DNA of 56,175 nt, filler included, from Sphacelaria rigidula (Eukaryota): the NCBI GenBank assembly GCA_964200075.2. It is 4 parts of 4 records of this genome, joined end to end, with 100 filler letters (N's around TTAATTAATTAA, not from the genome) between each part and the next. Parts side by side here need not be neighbours in the genome. Positions count along the whole stretch, not along the records: positions 42,209 to 56,175 come from CAXNAA020002543.1; 3 more parts are not named here. The stretch is one strand, 5' to 3'. Position numbers and translations under genes: made by a program. Below the pieces are notes generated by a model. The model ran no database searches and was not told the DNA's origin. It worked only from the letters and a program-made list of their open reading frames with translations. Positions 45,401-56,175 of this stretch are shown in pieces. Each line of letters begins with the position of its first letter. The first letter of the stretch is position 1.

Positions 45401-48400
45401 TCGTTCACACCCCGAGACCTTCACCAGGCTTTGGAATCTGGAGCGGCTAATCCCGCGACACCGCGCGCAGTTCATCTCGATTTAGGGCATGTGCCCCCCA
45501 CAGACTGCAACACGTTCCTCTTCCAGCTCCTCATCGAGGGCTGCGTCCGGTGAGGAGCAATGCTACGGTAGGGGTGCAGTTTTTGCGCGCGAAGTCTTCT
45601 CTGGTTCAGGGGCTCCTCAAGATTCTAGATGCACAAGAACATGGGTTAGGGCACCCCCGTTTGCAAATTCATGTGGGACATCCCTAGCAAGAGGGGCTAG
45701 GATTACTAGCGTACTCTCACATATTTTAAAAGCCGTGTTTTGGACGAGATAAAGGGCTCCTAACAATTCTAACCTCAGAAAATATTCGTGCACGCCTACC
45801 GTAGCATCCCTCTGAGACGTAGTATGTATGTGAAGTCAACCAAACATTTTTCGTCAGCCGGCACTTCTCCGATTCATCGGATTTTGGAACAGTTTGGGCG
45901 GTGCACAAGCATCGCGTCAGAGGTTTCGCAGGTGTTGGCACCTATGCATTCCCGACGTTGTTTGCTTTGTGAGATAGTATCTCTCTCACTTCATATCTCG
46001 TCTCACTATCTGGTGTCCTGGTTCTCATGCTCTTGACATCCAAGTATAGAGAGATCCATGCTGCACACGTACTACGATTGTATCCGAAGGCGTTTGCCGG
46101 ATCACATCCGCCTGGACGCCTACTATGGGTACTTGGTGTCACATCGAGGTCCGCCAGGAAGGCTACTCCTCCCTGGGGTCTTTTCTAACCAGCCCGTGTT
46201 TGTAATGATGTGAAGGCATGGTACATCCTTTCTCAGTGAACGCTCGCCAAGGATCGTGCTCATACACCATCGCGTACTCCAACACCTCGCAGCAAGTATT
46301 CAATGCGTGCGGACAAACGATGAGCGTGTTCGAAACATTTACTCGACGATACTCGCTTTCGTGGCAGGGATCCACTTACGCGAGATATTCTGGCACGAGA
46401 ATCTGAGGATCTTTTTTTCGTGGAAGTTCCTAACTCGGAGGGCGACCGCGTTGCTGAGTCTCTACACTTCTGCCACCTTTTGCCGACGGTGATGCTTAAG
46501 GTTCGTGTGACCACATCATAGCAATTATGACATGGACGTTTTCAATTACCACGACTGTGCCGCCTGGCATTAAGATTTTACTATTTCAAAGAAATGTTAG
46601 GGAGTGCTCTACCAGTCATGAGTTCACTATGCTTTCGGTAATGAAACAATATTCTTCCCCGCGATCGGCGTGTCACTCCGGTTCCATGTAAGGTCCCCAC
46701 CGAAAGGGGGCGAGGGCATCTTTTGGAGTCACCCGTTTCCATTTTCATTCCCTTGGGCATTGTCCACGGAGCTTTTTTCTGTATGTGAGTCGTACTTCAT
46801 ACATGCATGAGAACAATTCCCTACCCCGAGTTATGCACTTTAACCGCACAATCGAAAATATCTACGCGCGAAAAAACACGCTAGGGAAAACTCGTGCATA
46901 CTTGCTGTACGTGGACGGCTAACTTCCCGCAGCGAGTGGACATTGTAGCAAGCACCATGTTACGGAGACCCGTCCTGACGCCCGCATTCCATCGTTTGTA
47001 CTCAGATTCGTCCGCAACCCTTTTTGTATTTAACAATCTCGAACAAGAACAGGTGGAACCAAGCACTCTTGATATGGAGGTAGCCGAGATTGTGGAGGAT
47101 TCGGTGCAGCTGTCGCCTGATTGTGACCTGGAGCGGGTGTACCGCTGGCTGAGGTGATAGTTATTAAAGCAAGACACCCCCCTATCGGCTGGCTGCTACG
47201 CCGAATGCCCCGTTGCCTCTTCACTACGCCCTCCTCCCGCCGTGAAAGATCCGTCAAGTCAAGTACACTCAGCGAAACGTTGAAGGCATGACGTGGCGTT
47301 TTCCGGCAGCGAAAGTAGACGGTGACTTCCTAGTAGGGCTGTTGATCCTTCCTCAGCGTACGTTGGCGGATATGGCATGAAGAAGTTCGCGAGAAATGTC
47401 TGCACCCTGCATTGTTGTAATGTGTTTATGACCAGATTCATTGCCGACCACCTGGGCCGTATCACCGAACGTGTTTTTACGTTTAGGGCTGTGAAGAACG
47501 GTGACCTTTTACCGGACAGTCAGGGTCCCGACCCCGCCGCCGGGCAAGAAGAGCACGAAGTTGTCGAAGACGCTTCCCGCAATGTGCCGACAGACGAGTG
47601 CTTCCAGCTGCTGCAACACTGCTGCTGTGTAACGGGCGAGTATGCTGTGTTCCTACTAGACTGCCGTATTATCGACGAATCGGTCGTGTTCCAAGGGCCG
47701 TCTTTGGCGTGATATTTTCCCGATAACCATAATGCATTTGTCAGCGATATGGAGCTTTCTTCCGAATATTTGGACGTCACCGTGTCCCGCCGTTCCCAAC
47801 TTGGTGATAGTTGAGGTTTCCAGGTGTGGTATATCTGACGCCACCGCAGTCGAACATAGCTAAATTGATCCCGAAATCAAGGAAAAAGCAAGAAATATTA
47901 TCAAACGGCCCTCATACGCCTTACAAAGCGATAGTGACCAATTATATATTTCTTGCTGCCTGCGGGTTGGTTGACGCGTGCGCATTGTGTTTGCCTTGGA
48001 ACTCGTACCCATCCTGCGTCATCCTGCGCCTTGCTCGTATATCTCATCGGAAACACGACTTATGAAGTTTGTGAGAGTACGCCAGGATCGCTAGTATATT
48101 ATTATGGGGATATCCCGAATGAGTTTTCAAACGGGGGTGCTCTGACCCGTATTCTTGTGGATCTAGAATCATTAGGAGCCCTTGACTCAGACAAGAGTTT
48201 GCGCAAAAAATGCATCCCTACTGTAGCATTGATCTTCGCTATTTTGCTGCGGTATTGATTCAAGTACCAATACCCATTACTCTGCCTGACAGGCGACTCG
48301 TGCCACCGCCGATCGCTCCACGTGACCCTTACGTTCACCGTGGCGAAGTAACGGTGCGAGTTTCTTTGGCGTGTTCTACCTGACTATCTACAGGGGGGCC

Positions 48401-51400
48401 ATCTGAACGACCAACTTGGGCGATCTTCCGCACTTTTGTAAGACTTCTTTCACACCTATTAGGGAATGTGGAGCGATACCCGCTTCTGGCTGCGGAGGTG
48501 GCCCAAAGAAGTCAGCACGAGCACGGACTTGAGACTTTCAGGTGTGGAAATGCTGACTGTCTCGCAGGCTTCCCCTTCAGTTCGTCCGGGAGTTCAAGTC
48601 TTGACCGACCTGAGATGGCTCATCACCGCAAACCAGACGCTGAAGCTAGGCTATCATTGAACCCGTAAAACTAGATAGGAGCAGTTGTGATACATCAATA
48701 CCAAAATGACTTGGGCGTCATCCATGACTTGTTGACTGGAACCTAACGAGTGGTGGTTGGACAACTCAACGCGTGGATGTCGGCACGGTTACCCCTTTCT
48801 AAATCGACGTAGTCTTGACTGGGTCTTTCCCCGAAGGGGCGTTTACGGAGGAGCCGTTTTACGCTCAAGGTGAACTTCATGGAACACTTTGGACTTTGGT
48901 TGTAGAGGAGAGATGAACCAATTATTTGTTAGAACAAACCGACTGTCCATTCCCCCCAAACCCTTGCCCTGCTCCTCATCTCGTCCCCCCATGCTGCTCC
49001 TGGCTGTTTCATCAGGGATGTATTCGTCAGGATACTGATCGAGTGCGCCAAAGACTTCTCGCTGCGCTCAGTTCCGCAGGTGTCTCTAGTGTCTTGCGAC
49101 GGATCCGAGCAGGACAAGATTGTGGGGGCGTATAGGCAGGCAAGTTCGAGAGAACACCGGGCTGAGACGAGAAGGCCGCGATCATTTTCCCAACTTTCCA
49201 TATTCGCCTCGCCTTCCGGGCAGCCTTCAGATCTATCCATAGATCGAACAACTGGGTACATGGCAAGTGGGACCGAACCGACCAAAACAGTGCACGAAGG
49301 CGATGATCATAAATGCGGTTAAAGCTGGTTTCGTGCTGCACGACGCGACGTATTTGGGCGTAATAGTAAATTTCAAACTGCTCCACGCCTCTCATGTGGG
49401 CGAAATTGCTGGAAACGAGCCCAAAAGTGGGATCGCAGCCGTTTTGTCGCACCGTCTCACGTGCACTTTTTGTGGAGAGGCTATCTCGGCATGAGTCCTC
49501 TGTGGAATATCTGGTGTACTGGATTGACTAAAACCAATGCTTGGAGTGCAGAAATGATGACATAAATCCAGAGTGTATCTCTTCAATCAAAGTCAAACTA
49601 AAGCAGAGTTGCCCGTTTCCCCTGAAAGCATTTTCCATTTTATTTAACAGCTGAACCGACACACGTCGTGCCTGGCGCAATGACAAACTCGTGAAGGTGC
49701 TCCCCGACGTTGAAGCTACTACAAGGGATTGCTATCGCCTTGCCGCACGTTTTCAAGCAATGGCGGGAATGTCAGATCACCCCGTGGTGGTTTTCAAGGC
49801 CGAGCGAAGAAACGGCGTGCGCGAAATCTCGGGCATCGACATCCTCAGCCTAAACATCCACCAGAGGTACTTCATGGTCACAGTATCATGACAGGGCGGT
49901 TCACGCGTTCGCATTGTGCGGACACGTTTTTTTTAGTGAGGTCAGAGATAATACATTTTAATGGAAAGAAAGCTTGTGTTAGTAGTCTGGGGCAGGTATT
50001 TCAAACGTGCGTTGTGAGCAACAAGCATAATACCTTCCATGATAGTGTATAAAGTAGTTTTGGGGGTAGTGGAGCAGTCGACGTATTTGTCCAAATCCCC
50101 GGGGAGAACGAGAGGAGGTAACTGCATCAAGTGTAGTGCGCAACTGATAGCAACAATGACGTCAGCAAGCACACGTAGATCACCCTTGTCGAAAGTCGTC
50201 GAGTGCGAATTGAAGAAGTGCAAATCTACTGGTACTTTCCTACAACAACGCTGAGCGTCTTACTCCCCTGCGACTAATGTTACATATGTTGTTGATCTTG
50301 GTCGCCAGACTCGCGGACACGTTTATCGAGGGCCCCCTCAAGGAAACCCTCCAGATTAACGGCATCGATCTTAGCAAGGACTGGACTTCTATCTCTGGGA
50401 GTGAAGGTGCGATATTTGCGGTTGCGGTCCAGGTGCGAATTGAGTGATTCTACGGTAGGGGTGCACTTTGTAATGCGGAATGTTTCTGAGGCTTCACACT
50501 GCGGTCCAGATGTTTGTCATCGAGAGGCTGCTTAAGTACTGAGCCTCAGAAGAACATCTTGTACCCCCCACCGTAGAACCACTCACTTGTACAAAGGGAG
50601 AACGGGTTCGACCTTTGGTGTCTCGTGCCGTAACCCCGTCGGGCTACCGCTGCTTCCGTTGACCATCGTGGTATCATGTTCACTATATGACCGGACATTC
50701 GCCTAGAGCTGCGCAAGTGCCTTGTTGAGGAATGGTAACTTGCGCGATCCATTGGGCCGTCTACGGTACTGGTTGTGAGGTAGTATGTCGGTATTGACCG
50801 CAGCACTACTATCTTTTCGTTGAAAACTCCGCGCGTTGACGCATACTGTACCAATGCACAGCATACCTCGCGTGTTCGCAAAGTACCACTCTTAAGACTA
50901 ATGATCGAATTATTCGTCGATGTTGCGCACACGGTACCTATCCTATTTTGTCTTCGAAAAGCCGTCAGCTTACTCCGAGATATCGGTGGTGTTGCCGGCA
51001 ACCAGCAAACAAGCCCTGACTCCCAAAAGGGTATGGACTACGTGTTCACTCTGGACAACCTCCTCAAGATGCTCGGTATTACGCTACGTTTACAGGTACG
51101 CCGATGCTTCGAGATAGCTCAACATTATTCAGCAGGCTTCAGCGTTACAACAATGCTTGAAGTTACGAAAGATGTCGCCCCTGACGCTGCACGTCTTCCA
51201 ACGTTGTGGATAGATATACAACTATGCCAAATTGCACTGTAGCGCATTGGACGCCAGATACGCGGAACCCTGTATCTTCGCGAAAACTCCGATTGATGCA
51301 AAAACACTCTTCTTCCTTCCATCTGGTCTATTCATATCATGTGCCAGCTACTCCGACAGCGCCAGGGAGTAGCATCAGTATTTTTTCAAATATATACACA

Positions 51401-54400
51401 CCCACTGGCCCCGGAGTTACTTAGCATTCCCGAGGGTTGCTGTCAATGCGATGTCCGGCTGTCTGACGTACACCGATTCACCACGAATTTGGCTATGTTT
51501 TGAAGACGGACGCACCGAAATTAAACAAACGGATAGTAAAAAAGAGGAAGGCAGAAACAAATAACAGTAACGAAACCGTAACGAAAATGAAACGCGTTGT
51601 TGCCTGCTAAACCCATCAGGCTCGGATGCCCGTGGTGATATCGGGGGAAACTGGCTGCGGGAAGTCTAGCCTGATTTCTTGTATGTGCGACATTCTCGAG
51701 TGGCCATTGGACGTTCTCAACGTGCACAGCGGCTTGTCCTACGCGGATATTGCGGCATGGGTGGAGGAACGCGCGAAGGCTTGCGCTGAAAGGGACTTGA
51801 AGGACGACGAGCGTGTTAGCGTTATTTTACTCGATGAAATCAACGCATGCAGTAGCGTCGGTAAGATCGAGTCGGCGGATGTTTTATGTTTTCGTTGACA
51901 AGAGTGCGTGGCGGAAACCTTGCACGCGGCAGGATTGGTGAATACTCTGAAAGGCTTACATCATTCTCACACAGCAGGTCGCGGACTTGTCATCGACCTC
52001 GGCGTTACCGTAAACCTTGTGGGGGTTGAACAATAACGTTGATCATGTTGTAGCAAAATGGTGTATTGGAGAGTAATCTCGGCAAAAGCAGATGATCTAC
52101 ATCTCGCTCAGATGACAACGTGACTGTAGATATCAATTTCGATACATTTCGCGACTCCCACCACTAGTACGACTACTGTTGCGAGAGATTCACCTCTTCG
52201 GATCACAACGTAGCTTTCCAACGGCGTTTTGGAGCGCTCGCGTTAGACTGCGGGAATGGGTAGCTCATATTTTCCTTCGAAGCGTGCGTGGGATGCGGTA
52301 CTCCTCACAATGTAATGTTTTACCGGCGGGTGTTGGCGTTTCGTCTTCAAGTTGCGTCACATCTACTGTGCCGTGATGTCGAGGCTCCCCACTCAATGGC
52401 TCTTCCGTCCTGATCACAGTCTTAGCACCACCATACCGTTCGCGATTGCTCCACTTACCTCCGTCGATACAGACCTTTTCAAGGAAATTGTCTGCGACGG
52501 CACTGTGCTAGGGAAGCCACTCCCGCGGAAGCTTCGCATTGTGGCCGCGTGCAACCCCTACCGCATGCGGAAACGAGTACATGCTGCTGATGACGAGGCA
52601 AAGGCCAGGGTTGAAGAAGTGGGTGTGGTTGGTCTTGCCAGCGGGGTATGCGACCCACGTCGGGTGAGAAGTAGCAGTCTATCATGTATCGTGCGTTTGT
52701 GTGACGATTCGACCTAGTACATGCTCTCTTGCGGGCTAACCAACCGCTATAGCATTTATTTGTCCCTATTTACTGTACCGCAACGATAATCACCACACCT
52801 TTCAAGGCAGGTGCGATTGTACCCGTACAACAGGTCGGTTGGTCGTGTGTCTGCTGCATTGCGTAGGTGATGCGTGACACTTCCAACTCTGTGCTCTGCC
52901 GCAGAAAACGTTGTAGTAGATAGCAGTTCCTTTCAGGCGTGACGATCGATATCTTTGCAATGATAGATAGCAGTTCCTTGCAGCGTAACAAGAGGTCCAT
53001 TCGCTGTCCCCATCGGCCTATATTAGTCGCCTGTGGAAACGAGTGTAAAAGGACCAGGTGTTTTAGGCTATCCTCTCATTTCGCACGGAATTCCTGTCGA
53101 ATTCACTCACTCATCTATTTTGGCGTTCAGCGGTTCCGCGACATATGACGACTCCATTTATTTGGCTCTTTTGTGTATCTCGCTGTGATCAAAGTGCGGA
53201 GCCATGTGATGTAAGTCATGTCCCTGCACTCTGGATCTCTCTTTCTCACGCACACTCACTGCGATACCGTGCAACCCGTCAGTAAGTACCCAGTCATCAT
53301 GGGCTCACCACCTCTTGAGGACGATCGTGAGCACAAAATTCTACCGCAAAAATGTACTTTTGAATGTCAGGAACTGGTGTATCGCGTGAATCCACTTCAC
53401 GAAAGTCTAGTGGATCACGTTGCGGACTACGGGAGCCTGTCGCGTGAGACGGAAGGGATGTATATCTCGGCCATGCTCAAGAACCTCATGAGGGACGAAG
53501 CCGCCGGTATGCAGTCGATTGACGAACGCGTACAGCGTTTGATGTCGTTGAGATAGTCCTCTATTAAAAGCATGACAGCCGATTATTGAAATTGAGGATG
53601 GAGTTTTTCATTGAAGATGAGAACCCGGACAGTCAAAACCTTGGTATCCACACCAAATCTTCGAAATATGGTCTCACTCCTTCACCTATTGGTGAGTATT
53701 GACAAGTAGTACTTGTCAAACGAATTGTGATTTCGATCACCGAGTCCTAGATGAAAAAGCAATTTGAGGAACTTTAGGTGATCCGATTCACCGTGGACCC
53801 CAATATTTCAGTTATCGAAATCCAAATTTGTAGGGCGTGTAGCAGTTGTCATTAGGTACTAGCAGGTGAAGAAAGGAAACTATAATTCGAAGATTGGGTG
53901 TTGATACGAGGATTTTAATCATCCGAGTTCTCATCCTCAATGAAAAGCTCCATCCTCAATTTCGATGATCGGCTGTTACATCAACACGGGGACTGAGTTA
54001 CGATATGTAAGTGACTAACTGATCCATGTACAGTTTTCCGTTGCATTTGCTGGTGCTGATGGACGGAGGATTATGGATGCCAGCAACGTCTTCAAGTACA
54101 AGTGAGAAGTGCCTACATGAACCCAATATCCTCCTATCGACGTATCAACGAACGACACGTGAGTCATGGCAACAATTGTTGCCTGGGTAGATAACATGTT
54201 CCGGCAAACACCAGCGAAACAACACCAAACCATTCAAGATTATGGTATTCATCTTGAGTGCATGCCAGAACCTGGAAGTATGAGTTCTGAAGCGTTGGCT
54301 TTCCGACATCCCACACAGGAGCCACGGCCTGGGAGTCGGGCAACTCTGGCGAACTACAGAACGTTTTCGCCAAGTGCCTGAGTACAGCGCAGGAGAGTGT

Positions 54401-54464
54401 GCGTGCAATTCACGGGGGCGAGCGCGCCACAGTGTCTCTTCGAGACGTCAATCGTTGCATCAAG
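42426..54464 (+). CDS. RNF213: RNF213/mysterin-like giant AAA+ ATPase, internal part; exons 42426-43470, 43712-43893, 44566-44630, 45353-45549, 46368-46500, 47053-47153, 47487-47635, 48394-48541, 49016-49079, 49697-49866, 50309-50406, 50962-51095, 51620-51860, 52473-52645, (52807-52833), 53371-53506, 54319-54464
   Basis: Collinear RNF213 motifs: LPQPGEIVFCTSNTTEEELDLVVRRF; ADVHRLSY; SDTNGGGKT; VHLDL..FLFQLLI; PTWAIFRTFVRLL; AKDFS; HPVVVF; YVFTLDNLLKML; PVVISGETGCGKS..NVHSG..ILLDEIN; FKEIVCD..IVAACNPYR; LVYRVNPL..DYGSL; VSLRDVNRCIK. All exon phases are consistent. Confidence 0.88.
45566..45801. mobile_element. TA-flanked MITE, family CGGTAGGGGTGCA
   Basis: TA|CGGTAGGGGTGCA ... TGCACGCCTACCG|TA; inverted partial copy at 48050-48223 and a short copy at 50453-50573. 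Confidence 0.82.
48050..48223. mobile_element. Inverted partial copy of the same MITE family
   Basis: Reverse complement aligns to 45566-45740 (GCACCCCCGTTTG, CTAGAT.CACAAGAA, GCGTACTCTCACA). Confidence 0.78.
50453..50573. mobile_element. Short (121 bp) copy of the same MITE family
   Basis: TA|CGGTAGGGGTGCA ... TGTACCCCCCACCG|TA. Confidence 0.72.
53575..53976. repeat. ~400-bp intronic foldback element (arms ~170 bp)
   Basis: ACAGCCGATTATTGAAATTGAGGATGGAGTTTTTCATTGAAGATGAGAAC.. is inverted against ..GTTCTCATCCTCAATGAAAAGCTCCATCCTCAATTTCGATGATCGGCTGT. Confidence 0.88.
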
Positions 54465-54825
54465 GTGAAACGCATGTTGGTAGCCAGCGCAAATGAGGAT
54501 TACCGTGGGTTTTTCCAGGTCAGATCATCAATCGCAACCCCCTCCCCGCGTATTGGCCAGCGCCCGCGAGCTATTCTGCACTTCAGGCCATAGCACTCCC
54601 CCCGCGCCCTCCCGTTCCAAGAGTCAGTACAGCACGATGAACCATTTTTCGTCGACAGGATTCCGAGCATATTCAGAACGAAGTGCAACCCTAAACGCAC
54701 TACTTCCGTTTGAACTGCGGCCACCTACGAAAGCCGTAGCATTTCATGCGAACTTCGATACGGGCGATCAGGCCGCATCGTCAACTTGTGGAGAGTGACG
54801 ATATCCTCCCATCCTCCGCCCCGGC

Positions 54826-54891
54826 TTTGCAGGGATACTAGGTCAACGGTCACATGACTATGGCATGCAAGATCATGAGTACACCCCCCCC
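54826..54891 (+). mobile_element. 3'-end fragment of family X / C-tailed LINE type, directly upstream of the LINE
   Basis: CAACGGTCACATGACTATGGCATGCAAGATCATGAGTACACCCCCCCC matches the 3' end of 23304-23616. Confidence 0.7.
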
Positions 54892-54894
54892 TCG

Positions 54895-56175
54895 AGAGGA
54901 GACAAGCAAATATAGAGACGTCAAAACGGGAAGATAGTGGCTCGAGAGAATTGCAGGAAGAATTTACCATATATGAAGTTAGGGGGTGCATAGCGAAACT
55001 CAAGGACAGAAAGGCAGCAGGGGCAAACAAAATAGTGAAAGAGTTTCCAAAGTACGGGGCAGAAGGAATTGTTACTGTGATGGTTATGCTGTACAACTGG
55101 ATATAGGAAAACGAGTACACATCCAAGAGGTGGAGAGAAAAAGTAGTCGTGGATGGTTTCATGAACGGAGACAGGGCTGACCCAGGGAACTATGAAGAGA
55201 TAGCCGAGCACGGCAGGGAAATCCTTCTGTGAGATTCTGAACGATAGAGGAGCAACGATGCTAGAAAAGGACGATAGAACTAGCGAGGGACAAACAGGTT
55301 TCAGACCAAACCGTAGTTACGTAAAACATTTGTACAAACTAGGTAAGATTATCCAAGGTAGGAAAGACGCCGGGCTGACAACGTACTGTTTCTTTCTGAA
55401 CGTGCAAGAGGCTTATGACACAGTATGGAGAAACGAGATGTGGAGAATGGTGAAGATGACAGAATGTGCCAAAAGTGCGATGATGCTAACCGGGAAAATG
55501 CCAAAATATTTTGAAACCTTGCAAGGAGTTGCGCAAGGATGTATGTTATCATCCACTTTATTCCAGGTTTTAATTAATGACCTGATGATAACAATAGAAG
55601 CAGCAAAGCAAGGGGTCAAGGTGGGGGAAGATTTGATATCAGGTTTGATGTTCGCAGACGATTTTGTGGGGATTTCAGGACCCGCAGAAGGAGTGCGGAC
55701 ACAGATAGAAAAGGCGCTGTAACACACTAGGAAAGGGAGATTGACAGAGGGAATCCGGATGAAAACATATCTGCATGAACCAATGGACGCGCGAAAGGTT
55801 TAAAACTGCGATTCCGGGTGGGGGAATTGGACCTGTCAGAAAGAAGAAAGAGGGGGAAATGCTGGACGTGAACGAAGGTGGCACAAAATCGTTTCATGCA
55901 TTAGACAGTGGCGGGAAAACGATGGTCACGTTAGGAGATAGATGGTGGTCACAGACGGCGAAACAGGACGGGGATAATATAGGTAGAAGGGTTTCGTGCA
56001 ACGAATGGAAGAAACGTATTGAGCACCTAAATGTTGGGTGTGTCTCTGTTAGGAGTAGGAACGGTGCTCCGTCTCCGAAGGGATGCGTGGTCAATGGTCA
56101 AACGACTAAGGCAAGCAACATGTGAGTACGCCCCCCCCTCCCCCCCCCCCACCCCCCGCCCGCCCCCCCCCCACC
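54895..56175 (+). mobile_element. Non-LTR retrotransposon (second LINE family), 5'-truncated and internally deleted, ending in a C-rich tail
   Basis: KLKDRKAAGANKIVKEF, DPGNY, EGQTGFRPNRS, FLNVQEAYDTVWRN, QGVAQGCMLSSTLF, LMFADD; C-terminal LGDRWW..KGCVVNGQTTKASN* followed by poly-C. Confidence 0.9.

Overview
This is eukaryotic nuclear DNA, most likely from a brown alga (Phaeophyceae). That is an inference from the dense GT-AG introns, HYDIN, a stramenopile-type RAD51, TTAGGG repeats and the retroelement landscape. The window is four unlinked ~13.97 kb contigs (1-13970, 14071-28040, 28141-42108, 42209-56175) joined by artificial N-TTAATTAATTAA-N spacers. Contig 1 has a decayed RTE-like LINE, then spliced ERCC1 (+) and RAD51 (-) lying tail-to-tail with only 159 bp between stop codons. 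Contig 2 has a decayed DIRS/Ngaro tyrosine-recombinase retrotransposon carrying nested SINE-like, MITE and LINE insertions, followed by exons of an RGS-domain protein (-). Contig 3 holds internal exons of HYDIN. Contig 4 holds about 17 phase-consistent exons of a giant RNF213/mysterin-like dynein-related AAA+ protein with intact Walker motifs, which is the most notable gene here. Introns contain LINE fragments, tRNA-derived SINEs, an unclassified SINE-like family with a C-rich LINE tail, TA-flanked MITEs and long foldbacks. All homology calls come from motif recognition by eye, not database searches.
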